Shown: positions 37,893-50,345 of the stretch, piece by piece
Layout: the number at the start of each line of letters is the position of its first letter
Position numbering within the stretch: the first letter of the stretch is position 1
NCBI RefSeq assembly: GCF_006345805.1
Contig: NC_042997.1
Coordinates: forward strand, 125,798,001-125,862,000
Length of the DNA: 64,000 bases
Direction: 5' to 3'
From: Octopus sinensis
Taxonomy: Eukaryota
The notes under the pieces: generated by a model
Databases searched by the model: none
The model's input: the letters and a program-made list of their open reading frames with translations, nothing else
What the model was told of the DNA's origin: nothing
Translations under genes and position numbers: made by a program

Positions 37893-39694
37893 CAGACAAG
37901 CAGGCAGGCAGGCAGGCTGACAGACAGACAGATAGATAGACAGCTAAGGTGGCGAGCTGGCAGAAACATTAGCACCCCAGGTGAAATTCTTAACGGTATT
38001 TCGTCTACCGCTACGTTCTGAGCTCAAATTCCGCCGAGGTCAACTTTGCCTTTCAGCCTTTCGGGGTCAATAAATTAAGTACCAGTTACACACTGGGGTC
38101 GATGTAATTGATTTAATCCATTTGTCTGTCCTTGTTTGTCCCCTCTGTGTGTAGCCCCTTGTGAGCAGTAAAGAAATAAGATAGACAGCTAGACAGAAAG
38201 ACAGACAGACAGACAAACAGATATAGATATAGTCCATATGAGGATATCTTATCTTCATAAGGGATTATTATATCCAAAATTTCACTGGTTTAATCACCTC
38301 TACTGTTGAGGAATATCTCTTTGATATACATGGGATTATTATAAGCATAAATATGACTAAAAAGAAGAATGGAGAGTCAGTAAGGATAGAAAATTAATTT
38401 ATTAACATATTACCAAATGAAACCTACGTACGTTTCCACTCAGTCCAATATATAATTTCAAATTCAAAGAGTGGAGTAGATCCAAAGATTAGATTAAAAT
38501 AGCATTTTGAATAATATTTATTTCTTTATTGCCCACAGGGAGCTAATAGAGGGGACAAACAAGGGCAGACAAAGAGATTAAGTTGATTACATCAATCCCA
38601 ATGCAAACTGGTACTTATTTAATCGACCCCAAAAGGATGAAAGGCAAAGTCGATCTTGGTAGAATTTGAACTCTGAATGTAACAGCAGATGAAACACTGC
38701 TAAGCATTTCAGCCAGTATGCAAATGATTCTGCTAGCTTGCCACCTTTTTGAATAATATTGGATAGAATCTCACCAGGGCTAGAATACAGTAAAATAGTT
38801 TTATGTTGATAGATTGGATTTTAACAATGGAAATACAATAAATACATACAATAAACATATATATTTTTTTTTCTTAGCCTATTGATAAAATTCAATCCAT
38901 CAACTTGTAACTATTTCTATTGTACTCCAGCCATGATGAGATTCTGCTTAATATTACACAAAATGTTATTTTATTCTAATCTTTAGATTTATTCCAATCT
39001 TTGAATTTGCAATTATATATTGGACTGAATTGAAACATATGTACATTTCATTTGACAGTATGTTTATAGATTAATTTTATATCCTTACCAACTCTCCATT
39101 CTTCTTCTTTAATCATGTATATAGATATATATACAGATTGTCGTCGACATATAACCACAATCGGTTCCAACTGACTGGTTGTAAGTCAGCCTATAGTCCT
39201 ACATAGCTTTGTTTTATATTTTTACATTTTTAAAGTACATTCTCAGGTAAAAGTCACATACAGCATTCTGTATTATACTATTATACCAGCGTTAGTCAAA
39301 AATTTCGGAGTCTCAAGCAGTTTTCTTATAAACAAATACAAAGGTGTCTCAATGTCTCTGCAACAGGATAGACATATATGTATATGTTTGTGTGTCTATG
39401 TTTATCCCCCCACCATCGCTTGACAAACGATGTTAGTATATTTACATCCCCGTAACTTAGTGGATCAGTAAAAGGGACCAATAGAATAAGTAATAGGCTT
39501 ACAAAGAATAAGTCCTGGGCGTTGATTTATTCGACTAAAGGTGGTGATCCAGCATGACCACAGTCGAATGACTGAAACAAATAAAAGAAATAAAAGAATA
39601 TATATATAATAAGTATATATATATAATAAGTATAAATAGTATATATAAAAAGTATAAATATATATATAATAAGTATAAATAGTATACGAGTGGG

Positions 39695-39964
39695 TATATA
39701 TTTATAAAAAAAGAAGTTTGAAAATGCCACTATATAAGATAAATTTTAATTTTCTTAGAAATTTTACATGTTTCGGTTCTTCTTGAAAAAAACGAACCTT
39801 ATCAAAAATAATTTTAAATGTTAAGTTTTAACACTTAACTTTTGAAAATATTTTGATAAGGTTTGTTTTTTCAAGAAGAACCGAAGCATGTAAAATTTCT
39901 AAGAAAATTTAAATTTATCTTATACAGTGGCATTTTCAAACTTCTTTTTTTATAAATATATATA
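39695..39964. repeat. Foldback element (~130-bp arms)
   Basis: The arms are reverse complements; both strands give ORFs starting MAFSNFFFYKYI. Confidence 0.9.
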
Positions 39965-40039
39965 TACATATATATATATTTATTTATATATAATAGAAAT
40001 ATGTTACAAAAAAGAAAATAGAAACTACATGTGGAAATG

Positions 40040-40238
40040 TAAGGGGAAAGTAAGAAGAAAAATAAACGAATATGCACATTGGAAATCAAAAAAGTTAAGG
40101 CTTTTTATGAAAATTAATGATAGATATATACAATCTAATCTAATTGTATATATCTATCGTTACTTTTCATAAAAAGCCTTAACTTTTTTTGATTTCCAAT
40201 GTGCATATTTGTTTATTTTTCTTCTTACTTTCCCCCTA
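40040..40238. repeat. Foldback element (~95-bp arms)
   Basis: ggggaaagtaagaagaaaa...gatatatacaat / attgtatatatc...ttttcttcttactttcccc. Confidence 0.9.
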
Positions 40239-41748
40239 TATATATCATCATCATCATCATTTTTTAACGTCTGCTTTCTATGTTGGCATGGGTTGGACGA
40301 TTTGACTGAGGACTGGTGAACCAGATGGCTGCACCAGGCTCCAATCTCATCTTGCAGAGTTTCTACAGCTAGATGCCCTTCCTAACGCCAACCACTCCGA
40401 GAGTGTAGTGGGTGCTGGCAATGGCCAAGCTCAAATGGTGCTTTTTATGTGCCACCTGCACAGGAGCCAGTCCAGCGGCACTGGCAACGACCTCGCTCGA
40501 ATGTTTTTTCACCAGCACAAGTGCCAGTAGGGCACCGCAGGTAACGATCACACTCGGATGGTACTCTTAGCGCTCCACTAGCACGGATGCCAGTCATCGA
40601 ATTTGATTTCGATTTCGATATATATAGCCATCATGCAATGTCAAGGCAAGAAGAGAGTAACACACACACATATAGATGTACAATGAGCTTTGTTCTGGCA
40701 AGCTGGCAGAATCATTAGCAAGCTGAGTGAAATGCTTAACAGTATTTCATCTGCCATTACATTCTGAGTTCAAATTCCGCCAAGGTTGACTTTGCCTTTC
40801 ATCTTTTTGGGGTCAATTAAATAAGTACCAGTTACGCACTGGGGTCGATATAATCGACTTAATCCGTTTGTCTGCCCTTGTTTGTCCTTTCTGTGTTTAG
40901 CCCCTTGTGGGTAGTAAAGAAATAGGTAAACTTTACTTTTCATCTTTCAGGGTCAATAAAATAAAGTACATAGTTAAGTAATTGGGTCAATGGTATTGAC
41001 TGGCATTTCATCTGCTATTACGTTCTGAGTTCAAATTCCACCAAGGTTGACTTTGCTCTTCATTCTTTTGGGGTCAATTAAATAAGTACCAGTTATGCAA
41101 TGGGGGTCGATGTAATCGACTTAATCCCTTTGTCTGTCCTTGTTTGTCCCCTTTATGTTTAGCACCCTGTGGGCAATAAAGAAATAAATAAGCTTTGTTC
41201 CAGTTGTCACCTGGTAAATTTATTCAGAAGACTTCGATCAGCCCAGGGCTATAGTAGAAAATACTTGCCAAGTGTGCTGCACTGTGTAATTGAACCTGTA
41301 AACCTGGGGTTGTGAAGAAGACTTCTTAACCACACAGCCTTACTTGCACCCATATATCTTTTACTTGATTCAGTCATTGAACTGCAGCCATGCTGGAGCA
41401 CTGCCTTGAATGGTTTTTAATCAAACAAATGAATTCCCAGGACATATCTTTTAACTCTGATACTCACTGTATTGGTCTCATCTGCTGAACTGCTAAGTTA
41501 CAGGGATGTAAACAAACTAACAGCAGTTGTTAAATGCTAGGTAGAGAGCAGACAAAACACACACACACATACACACACTTATACATACAGCAGGCTTCCA
41601 CATGGTTTTCATCTTCCAAATTCACTCGCAAGGCATTGGTTAGCCCAGGGTTATAGTAGAAGATATTTGCCCAAGGTGCCATGCAGTGAGAATGAACCTG
41701 GTACCATGTAGCTGCAAACCACACAGCCATGCCTGTACAGATGCGTGC

Positions 41749-41785
<37 letters not shown>

Positions 41786-43585
41786 GTGTGTCTGTGTGTC
41801 TGTGTGTGTGTGTGTCTGTCTGTCTGTCTGTCTGTGTATGTGTCTGTCTGTGTCTGTGTCTTTCTCTGTGTATGTGTCTGTGTATGTATGTCTGTCTGTC
41901 TGCCTGTGTATGTGTGTGTGTCTGTGTGTATGTGCCTGTGTGTGTCTGTCTCTGTCTCTGTGTATGTGTCTATGTGTGTGTGTATGTCTGTCTGTCTCTC
42001 TGTGTATGTGTCTGTGTGTGTATGTGTGTGTATGTCTGTCTGTGTATGTGTGTGTGTGTGTCTGTCTTTGTCTCAGTGTATGTGTCTGTGTGTGTGTTTA
42101 TGTGTGTGCCTATCTTTCACTAACATATCCACAATGCAGGATCAGTAAGAAAACCAAAACAAAAAACAAAAAAAAAACAAAGAAAAACTGGTGATTTCAA
42201 ATAAAAATATCCTCCCTGATATTTATTCTGCCAAGTTAGACATCAGAAACGCTGTGAACCAGTGAGTGGGCCATTGGAAATCCTTAACCATCAATATTAT
42301 TGCTCACTTAGTACAATATAAAATAAATCACATGATCACATGACTGACCAGACTATCAGATTTTGTTACACATCACTCGTCACTATGCACTTTACATCAC
42401 TTAAGTCTTCAAATGATGCCACACCACTGACTAGGAGGCTACCATTCCACCCTGATTGAAAAGGAGACTGAAGCAATATAAAATTAAATGTTTTGCTCAA
42501 AAACATAATGCACCGCCCAGTTTGGGAATTGAACCCTTAATCTAGCAATCATAAGTGTAACAGCCTAACCACTAGGCCATATGCCTTCACTATAAGATAA
42601 ATAGAATTAATTAATGATGGCTCCTGTGCCGGTGACACGTAAAAAGCACCATTCGAGTGTGGTTAATACCAGTGCCGCCTGACTGGATCCTGTGCCAGTG
42701 GCACGTAAAAAGCACTATTTGAGCATGGTCAGTGCCAGTAAAAAGCAACCACTACACTCTCGGAGTAGTTGGCATTTGGAAGGGCATCCAGCTGTAGAAA
42801 CCTTGCCAGAACAGATACAGCCTCCTGGCTTACCAGTCCTCAGTCAAACCACCCACCTATGCCAGCATGGAAAGCAGACATTAAAACGATGATGACGATG
42901 ATGATGACAATAATAAATAAATAAATAAATGTTGTATGGGATACATGAGGTTGTTTTGGGTTCCTGAGCATGGCATATACCTCGACTTGTTTTAGTGAAG
43001 CTGTCTGTCTGGAAACAACTAACATTCGATCTTTCACACTTGACTAATCATTTGAGCAGCTTTAAAATTTTTGTGACATCTATTCATATGAAAAAACATT
43101 GAAGTTAGTAAAAAACTTATGGCATATGTTTGTATATGTGCTTGTGTGTGTGTATGCGTGTATGCATACATACGCACACATATATATATATAAGCATGAC
43201 TTTACTCATGTATGTGTGTTTGTATATATATATATATATGTATGTATATGGGTCTATGTGCATATATGAGTGTGTATGTATTTTTATGTATATATGTGTG
43301 TGCGCAAGTGTGTGAATGTATATATGTATGTATGTATGCATTTAGACACATATTTGCACACATATATTTGCATATCTTTACATACATGTGTGTCTGTGTG
43401 TGTGTATGTATGTATATATATATATGGGTGTATATGAGTGTGTATGTATTTTTGTGTATATATTGTGTATATATGTGTATATGAGTGTATTTATGTATGT
43501 ATGTATGTATTTTTGTGGATATGTGTATATGCATGTGTATGCGAATGTATATATGTATGTATATATGTATATATATATATGTATT

Positions 43586-43625
<40 letters not shown>

Positions 43626-44426
43626 CATACATATAATGTATGTATGTACGTATTTTTGTGGATATGTGTATGTGAATGTATATATGTATGTATGCATTTA
43701 GACACACATTTGCACACATATATATGTATGTCTTTACATATGTGTATGTGTGTGAGTGTGCACGTGCTTGTATGTGTGTGTATATATGTATATACACACA
43801 TATGTATAATATATATGTTGGTGTATATATGTGTGTGTGTGTTTCTATGTACATATGTGACTATGTTCATTTTTGTATATATGTATATACTTGTATTTAT
43901 GTATGTATGCATGCATGCGTGTGTGTGTGTGTATTCATGCATGTATGCAAATGTATATGTATGTTAGTCACCAACAGCATGGCTTTGTTAAAGGCAGTAC
44001 TGATTTACAAGGTACCAATAGCAGACATATGCCATATTCACACAGAAGTCTTTTTTTTCCCAAGATGAGAAGCATGCAACAACACCCTATAATATAGAAC
44101 CAAAGGCAGAAACTGCCAAAATGCTTTAAAACATTCCTTGTGGACCAACAACCCATCATTGCAACTGTTTACACCTCTACTCGTTGAAAGTTTCTTACTG
44201 CTGGACTCAGGAGTGGAACAGCCAAGTCTGTCATTTCTGCACAGTGTCTTCTTAATTACACTGAACTCTTTCTAATTGTGTTGTAGTAGTACAAATAGAT
44301 CAAGCCTCTGTCTTGAACTTGCTCTGAGGGACCTTTTAGTTTTGACAATTATTTTCTAAACAATTATGAAGATGTACTTGCATAGCAAGTGACCTGAGCT
44401 GAGATTGTGTGCTGGAATGAAAACAG

Positions 44427-44703
44427 TTGCAGCGTGGAAGGTGTTTATAAGCCATTTAAGAAACATACAAAAACCGTTAGATTCACTTCAACATTTAAAT
44501 TTAATTTGCAAAAATATTTTCATTGCTTTGAGACCGCTACCTTTTCACTGACAAAATTTTGTGCTGCACGAAATTTTGTCAGTGAACAAGTCGAGGTCTC
44601 AAAGCAACGAAAATATTTTGGCAAATTAAATTTAAATGTTGAAGTGAAGCTAATGGTTTTTGTGTGTTTCTTAAATGGCTTGTAAACACCTTCTACGCTG
44701 CAA
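44427..44703. repeat. Foldback element/MITE (~135-bp arms)
   Basis: ttgcagcgtggaaggtgtttataagcc... / ...ggcttgtaaacaccttctacgctgcaa; mirror ORFs on both strands. Confidence 0.9.
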
Positions 44704-46419
44704 TGATTTCTGAACAATGATTTCCCAAAATTGGAGTTCATTCAAGCATGCTACATCATCATCATCATCATCGTTGTCGTCGTCGTCGTCGTCGTCGTAG
44801 TGTTTAACATCCACTTTTCCATGCTTGTATGGGTTGTATGAGTCAGAATGGTATTTAATGAGGTGAAGTTTCTAAAGCCAGATGCCTTTCCTGTCACAAA
44901 CCCTCACCTGTTTCCAATAAGGTAATATTTCCTCCTGACCAGACATGTTTTCATGCAAAACAGTGACAATCATTTACAACTATCACATGAAGTCAAGGCA
45001 AGGAGACAGTAACACACACACAGTAAAAACTAAGCATGCAGTTAATACTGAACACTTGCTACTGATGGTGTGCAAAGATGCAGAAATCATGATTTAGCAA
45101 TTTCACCACTGCTATTGAATGATTTTCATTTAATATTGATACACGTTTGTGCTTTTTAGCACTATACATCTATCCAAGAAATGTTCTCAAGACAAATCCT
45201 GCAGTTTTGTGGTCGTGTATAGTATATCCACACTAAGTAACTTTTACAGAAAACAATATATGTATGTATTTATAAATGTGAGGAGTGTTTGTACACTGGC
45301 CCATATAAATATACACAGGCTTGTTTGTCTGTCAGTAGTTCTTAACTAGGGTCTATGTGACCCTAGGGGGTCTATGTAAGATTTTGTTGCTATGGTTTAT
45401 GAGCAATAAATTGGTTATACTTCCCTGATACACAAAATATTTTATCAATTCTTAAAAAGCACCCACTACACACTGGTGTTAGAAAGGGCATCTGGCTGTA
45501 GAAACCTTGCCAGAACAAATTGGAGCATGGTTGCCAGTCCTCAGTCAAACCATTTAATCCATGCCAGCATGGAAAGCAGATGTTAAACGACAATGGTGAT
45601 ATCCTAATGATATTTAACTATAAAAATAAGATAGAATCTTTTTTAAGCATCAAATGTCTATGTGGGTCAGTCTGAATAAAATAGGAATCAAAGATGCCCA
45701 TAGATAAAAATGGTTGAGAACCACAGTTCTTTCTGTATATATATGTGTATTTGAGCGATAAATCATTTCACTTCAGATTCCACCCAATACTTTGTAACTT
45801 ATCTTTTATAAACCAGTAATGTTGCCCCTGTAACCTGACACTTGACAGCTCTGCACTGATTTACTGAAAATCACTTACTTTTATGATATTTCTTAGAATA
45901 AGCAGACAAATGTCTGAATTCATTAATGAATGGGGCCAATTTTAATTATAATATTAAAAAGATACGATTGACCTGTCCATTTACTCTTTTTTTGAGATTT
46001 TAAAATTGGCCTCTCCTACATGAATCTGAGAACTCATTCTACAGAGCTAGATTTTTCTTATTTGTGTGAAATAACCTATTTGATTTTGTATTATATTTGT
46101 TCATTCAGTTATGATTAAATTACAGAGGAAGTTATTATGTAGCATTCATTACATAATGAATATGGTTATGTCTACATACATGATGTGTGATTCGTCACCT
46201 GCATATTGTAGACACAATTGTGAACCGCAGAATGACTGTAATACCAGCTACCCCATTCTTCACTGGAGCTATAATTCAAAATAAATCAATAAATTTTCTA
46301 TATGATTTAATAACTGACCGAAAGATCCATCTTTGTTAGTTGTATAGTATAAGGAAATATTTCTAAAGCCATTTTAAATTGAGCCAAAACTTGAAACTGT
46401 TCTTCTGAATTTATTTCAG

Positions 46420-46595
46420 TTCGCCGGTATGCAGAGGCACTGGATAACTTGCTGAGTATGGGCTTCACCAATGAAGGTGGCTGGCTCTCGTTACTGGTTG
46501 AGGAGAAACGAGGAGACATCATCCGTGTCCTGGATTTCATTGAAAACAACATCCAAAAATGTAAAGAAAATGAGCAAGCCAAAACAAGGCGCTGA
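46420..46595 (+). CDS. SQSTM1: SQSTM1/p62-like, terminal UBA exon
   Basis: ttatttcag|; (I)RRYAEALDNLLSMGFTNEGGWLSLLVEEKRGDIIRVLDFIE...KTRR*, carrying the p62-type LSMGF.xEGGWL signature; TGA at 46593-46595. Confidence 0.93.
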
Positions 46596-46933
46596 GAAGA
46601 TTTACATCATAAGCCAAAGACTAAAGTCTATCAACAATAGCACTTCCTCCCACAAACACAATTAAAACAACTAATTATTTTTACCTTTGAATTATTAAAA
46701 CATAAAAGAAAGAAAAATACTTATTTTGAAATGTTGTTCATCTTTACTTATTATTGTTATTATTATTAAAGCAGTGAGCTGGCAGAATCGTTACCACACT
46801 AGGCGAAATGCTTAGCAGCATTTCATCCATCATTATGCTTTGAGTTCAAATTCTGCTGAAGTTGACTTTGTCTTTTATCATTTTGGAGTCAATAAAAGAA
46901 GTACCAGTTGGGCATTGGGTTTGATATAATTGA

Positions 46934-47330
46934 CTTGCTCCTCCCCTGAACTTGCTCCTCCCCTGAACTTACTCCTCCCTTGAACTTGCTCTTCCCCCGA
47001 ACCTGCTCCTCTCCTGAACTTACTCCTCCCCTGAACTTGCTCTTCCATCAAACTTGCTCCTCCCCTAAACTTGCTCCTCTCTCAAACTTGCTCTTCCTCT
47101 GAACTTGCTCCACACCCAAACTTGCTCCTCCCCTGAACTTGCTCTTCCCCTGAACTTGCTCTTCCCCTGAACTTGCTCTACTTCCAACTTGCTCCTCCCC
47201 TGATCTTGCTCCTCCCTCAAACTTGCATCTCTCCTGAACTTGCTCCTTCCCTAAACTTGCTCCTCCCGTGAACTTGCTCCTCCCTCAAACTTGCATCTCT
47301 CCTGAACTTTCTCCTTCCCAGAACTTGCTG
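46934..47330 (+). repeat. 17-bp minisatellite (~23 units) amplified inside a SINE
   Basis: Unit cttgctcctcccctgaa; SINE head at ~46770 and SINE tail (gctggcattgcacccaaattggaaac) right after the array. Confidence 0.9.
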
Positions 47331-47928
47331 GCATTGCACCCAAATTGGAAACTGTTATTGTTACTATTAGGCTGGTAAACTAGCAGAATCATTACCACAC
47401 TGTACAAAATGCTTAGCAGTATTTCTTATAACTTCACATCCTGAGTTCAAATTCCAATAAGGTTGACTTTTCCTATCACCCTTTCAGGGTCAATTACATA
47501 AGTAACAACTGAGCACTGGGGTCAATTTAACCAACTAGCCCTCTCCCACAAGACTTCAGCTCTTTTTCCTATAGCAGAAAATCTTATTGTTGTTTGGTGT
47601 TTTTTGGTTTATACAAGCTGTTCAAAATCTACCCCCAGAGACTACAAACTAGACGTCTTTCTGTGTATGCTACTTATGGGTAACATTAGTATATTTCAGG
47701 CAAAGGAAACCAAATTTGAAGAATTAAAACTTTGTTTAAAAAATTGCAATATTCCAAAGTTTCTCATATTTTCAGGTAGATTTTTTTTTTTAGTAGATCT
47801 GAAGGTTTTAATCTTAATTTGCTTCATAAAAGTACCATTTGATATCCTCCCCAAAGCTTCATTGATCACAGATACAATAGCTGTTTTTAGATGCCACATT
47901 TTTTGAAATCTCTCTTTCAAGTCTTTAT

Positions 47929-48149
47929 CCCTTTAGCATTTAAACCGGCCATATCCAGCCAAAAGTATTCTGCCTGTTTTATGTTCAAACTGGCCAGATC
48001 TGGTCTCTCACACCAACCCTACAATATTGTTTTAAACATTAACAGCTGCCTCATCAAAATCTCATAGCTACAAGATAATGCATGATTAGTTCAAAACAAT
48101 GTGAATGAAGAAGCATTAATTTTGGTAGAATAATGCGAACACTAACGGG
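47929..48149. mobile_element. Second piggyBac-type MITE family
   Basis: TTAT|CCCTTTAG...CTAACGGG|TTAT; a diverged reverse-orientation copy at 60083-60285 follows TTAA. A partial relative may lie at ~32170. Confidence 0.7.
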
Positions 48150-48180
48150 TTATATTTATTTAACTTCTCAAGTGGTGGTG

Positions 48181-48217
<37 letters not shown>

Positions 48218-48589
48218 CAGCAGCAGTAGTAGTAGTAGTAGTAGTAGTAGTAGCAGCAGCAGCAGCAGCAGCAGTATAGCCTAACACAGCCTGCTGTCTT
48301 GCCAGCCCCCAATCAAACTGTCCAATCCATGCCAGCATGGAAAACATGTTAAACAATGATGATGATGATAATGATTAGCATCATTAAGGTGGTGCGTCAG
48401 CAGAATCATTAACATGCCAGGCAGCATTTCATCTGTCTTTACATTCTTCTGAGTTCAAATTTTACCAAGGTCAACTTTGCCCTTTATCCTTTCACAGTCA
48501 ATAAAATAAGAATCAGTTGAATGCTGGGGGTTTATCTAATAAACCTATCCCTCTCCTCAAATTGCTGGCCTTCTGCCTAAACTTGAAAG

Positions 48590-48628
<39 letters not shown>

Positions 48629-49331
48629 AGCGTTACCTTACTGGCACTTGTACCAGTGGTATGTGAAAAACAACATTTGAGCAAGGGCGTTGCCAGTGCT
48701 GCTGGACTGGCTCCTATGCAGGTGACACATAAAAATACCATTTGAGTGTGGCCATTGGCCAGTACTGCCTGACTGGCCCTCGTGCCGGTGGCATGTAAAA
48801 GCACCCTCTACACTTTCGGAGTGGTTGGCGTTAGGAAGGGTATCTAGCTGTAGAAACTCTGCCAGATCAAGATTGGAGCCTGGTGCAGCCATCTGGTTTG
48901 CCAGCCCTCAACCCATGCTAGCATGGAAAGCGGACGTTAAACGATGATGATGATGATGATGATAATGATGATGATGATTAATGATCATCATTGTCATCAT
49001 TTAACGTCTGTTTCCAATGCTGGCATGGGCTGGGCAATTCGACAGAAGCTGGAGAGCCTGAGGAGTACATCAAGTAATTTCTGCTACAGCTATTCTTCAT
49101 TTTTGGAACATCTTTGATTTGACTGAAGACACAATTATCACCTGATTGGAGCCTGGTGCAGCCATCTGGCTCACCAGTCCCTAGTCAAACCGTCCAACCC
49201 ATGCCAGCAGGGAAAGCGGACGTTAAACGATGATCATGATGATGATGATCATCATGATGATGATGATCATGATGATGATGATCATCATGATGATGATGAT
49301 CATGATGATGATGATGATTATTATTATTATT

Positions 49332-50345
49332 ATATTATTATTATTATTATTGAGTGAGAGAGCAGTGCATGCCATCAAAGTGACATGAGGGTAAAATATA
49401 CTAAGCTGAGTATGGCCATCATGACTAGCCATCTGATAAAGGTACACCAGGCACATGCATCACAACCATATGTGCACGACATGGTGATCTCATATGACCT
49501 TGCAGGTGGGGGCCCAGTTAGAATATTCAAGTTGAGTAGCCCATCCTGCTCAAAAGATCCTTGAATAAGGGTTGTTTAAGGATGTTGAATGAAACACTCA
49601 TGTTTCCAGAGGCAAATTATCCAAACCTCCAAGAATCCCTCTCAACACATGGCTATGATGCTCCCCAACTACTTCTGCTCATGACCGGGGATGCACATAT
49701 CGTCAGCCACTGAGGGACGTGTTCAACTGGTTATGGTCAAGCAACTGATTAGCAAATCTGTGGTATTTAGCAGAATATTTGCTGAAACCCATCTTTTATA
49801 TCAAGACAAAACAATGTACATAATAGCACTTCCAATTATTTAAGATTATTATTATTATTATCATTTTATATTTGACTTTTGCTTTACATTTGTACAAGTT
49901 GGCTCCAAGTCTCACCCAGAGCTCTCAAGAGACAAGTTGTAAGTTCATGTTGGTGTTATGCCTAGGGTGCCATATATTTGGTTTTGTACATAGTGTTGTT
50001 CTAGAGAATGTTTAAAAAGCCATAAGAAAATTGTTTGTTTTAAAACTTGAGATTACATAGGAAGTATTTTGCATAGGATATGGGCAGTTCCCATGAGCAC
50101 TATCTTTTGAATTTCTGCCATTTTGGAGTTTCCTGGTATCTGAGCTAGGTAGCAACCAGTCCCTTTTGCTATCATTCCCAGGGCACCTACGACAACAGGT
50201 ATTGTTTCAGTCTTCAGGTTCCACATTTTGCTAATTTCTATTTCAAGATCTTTATACTAGCTCAGTTTTTGGTAGGTCTTGACAAATACATTTGTATCAA
50301 TTGGGACAGTCATATCAATGAGGAGGCATGATTTTTGTCTATTTG
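49332..50345 (-). mobile_element. R4/Dong-like LINE 3' fragments
   Basis: 49332-49810 is the reverse complement of the 13735-14163 family; 50345-50063 reads LIDMTVPID...YKDLEIEISKMWNLKTETIPVVVGALGMI...QKIVLMGTAHIL; (ATT)n borders. Confidence 0.8.

Noticed and set aside
42225-42260. CTGCCAAG...GAAACGCT, and CTGATGA at ~3784, as possible hammerhead fossils
   Set aside because: Core nucleotides or GAAA missing; too decayed to call.
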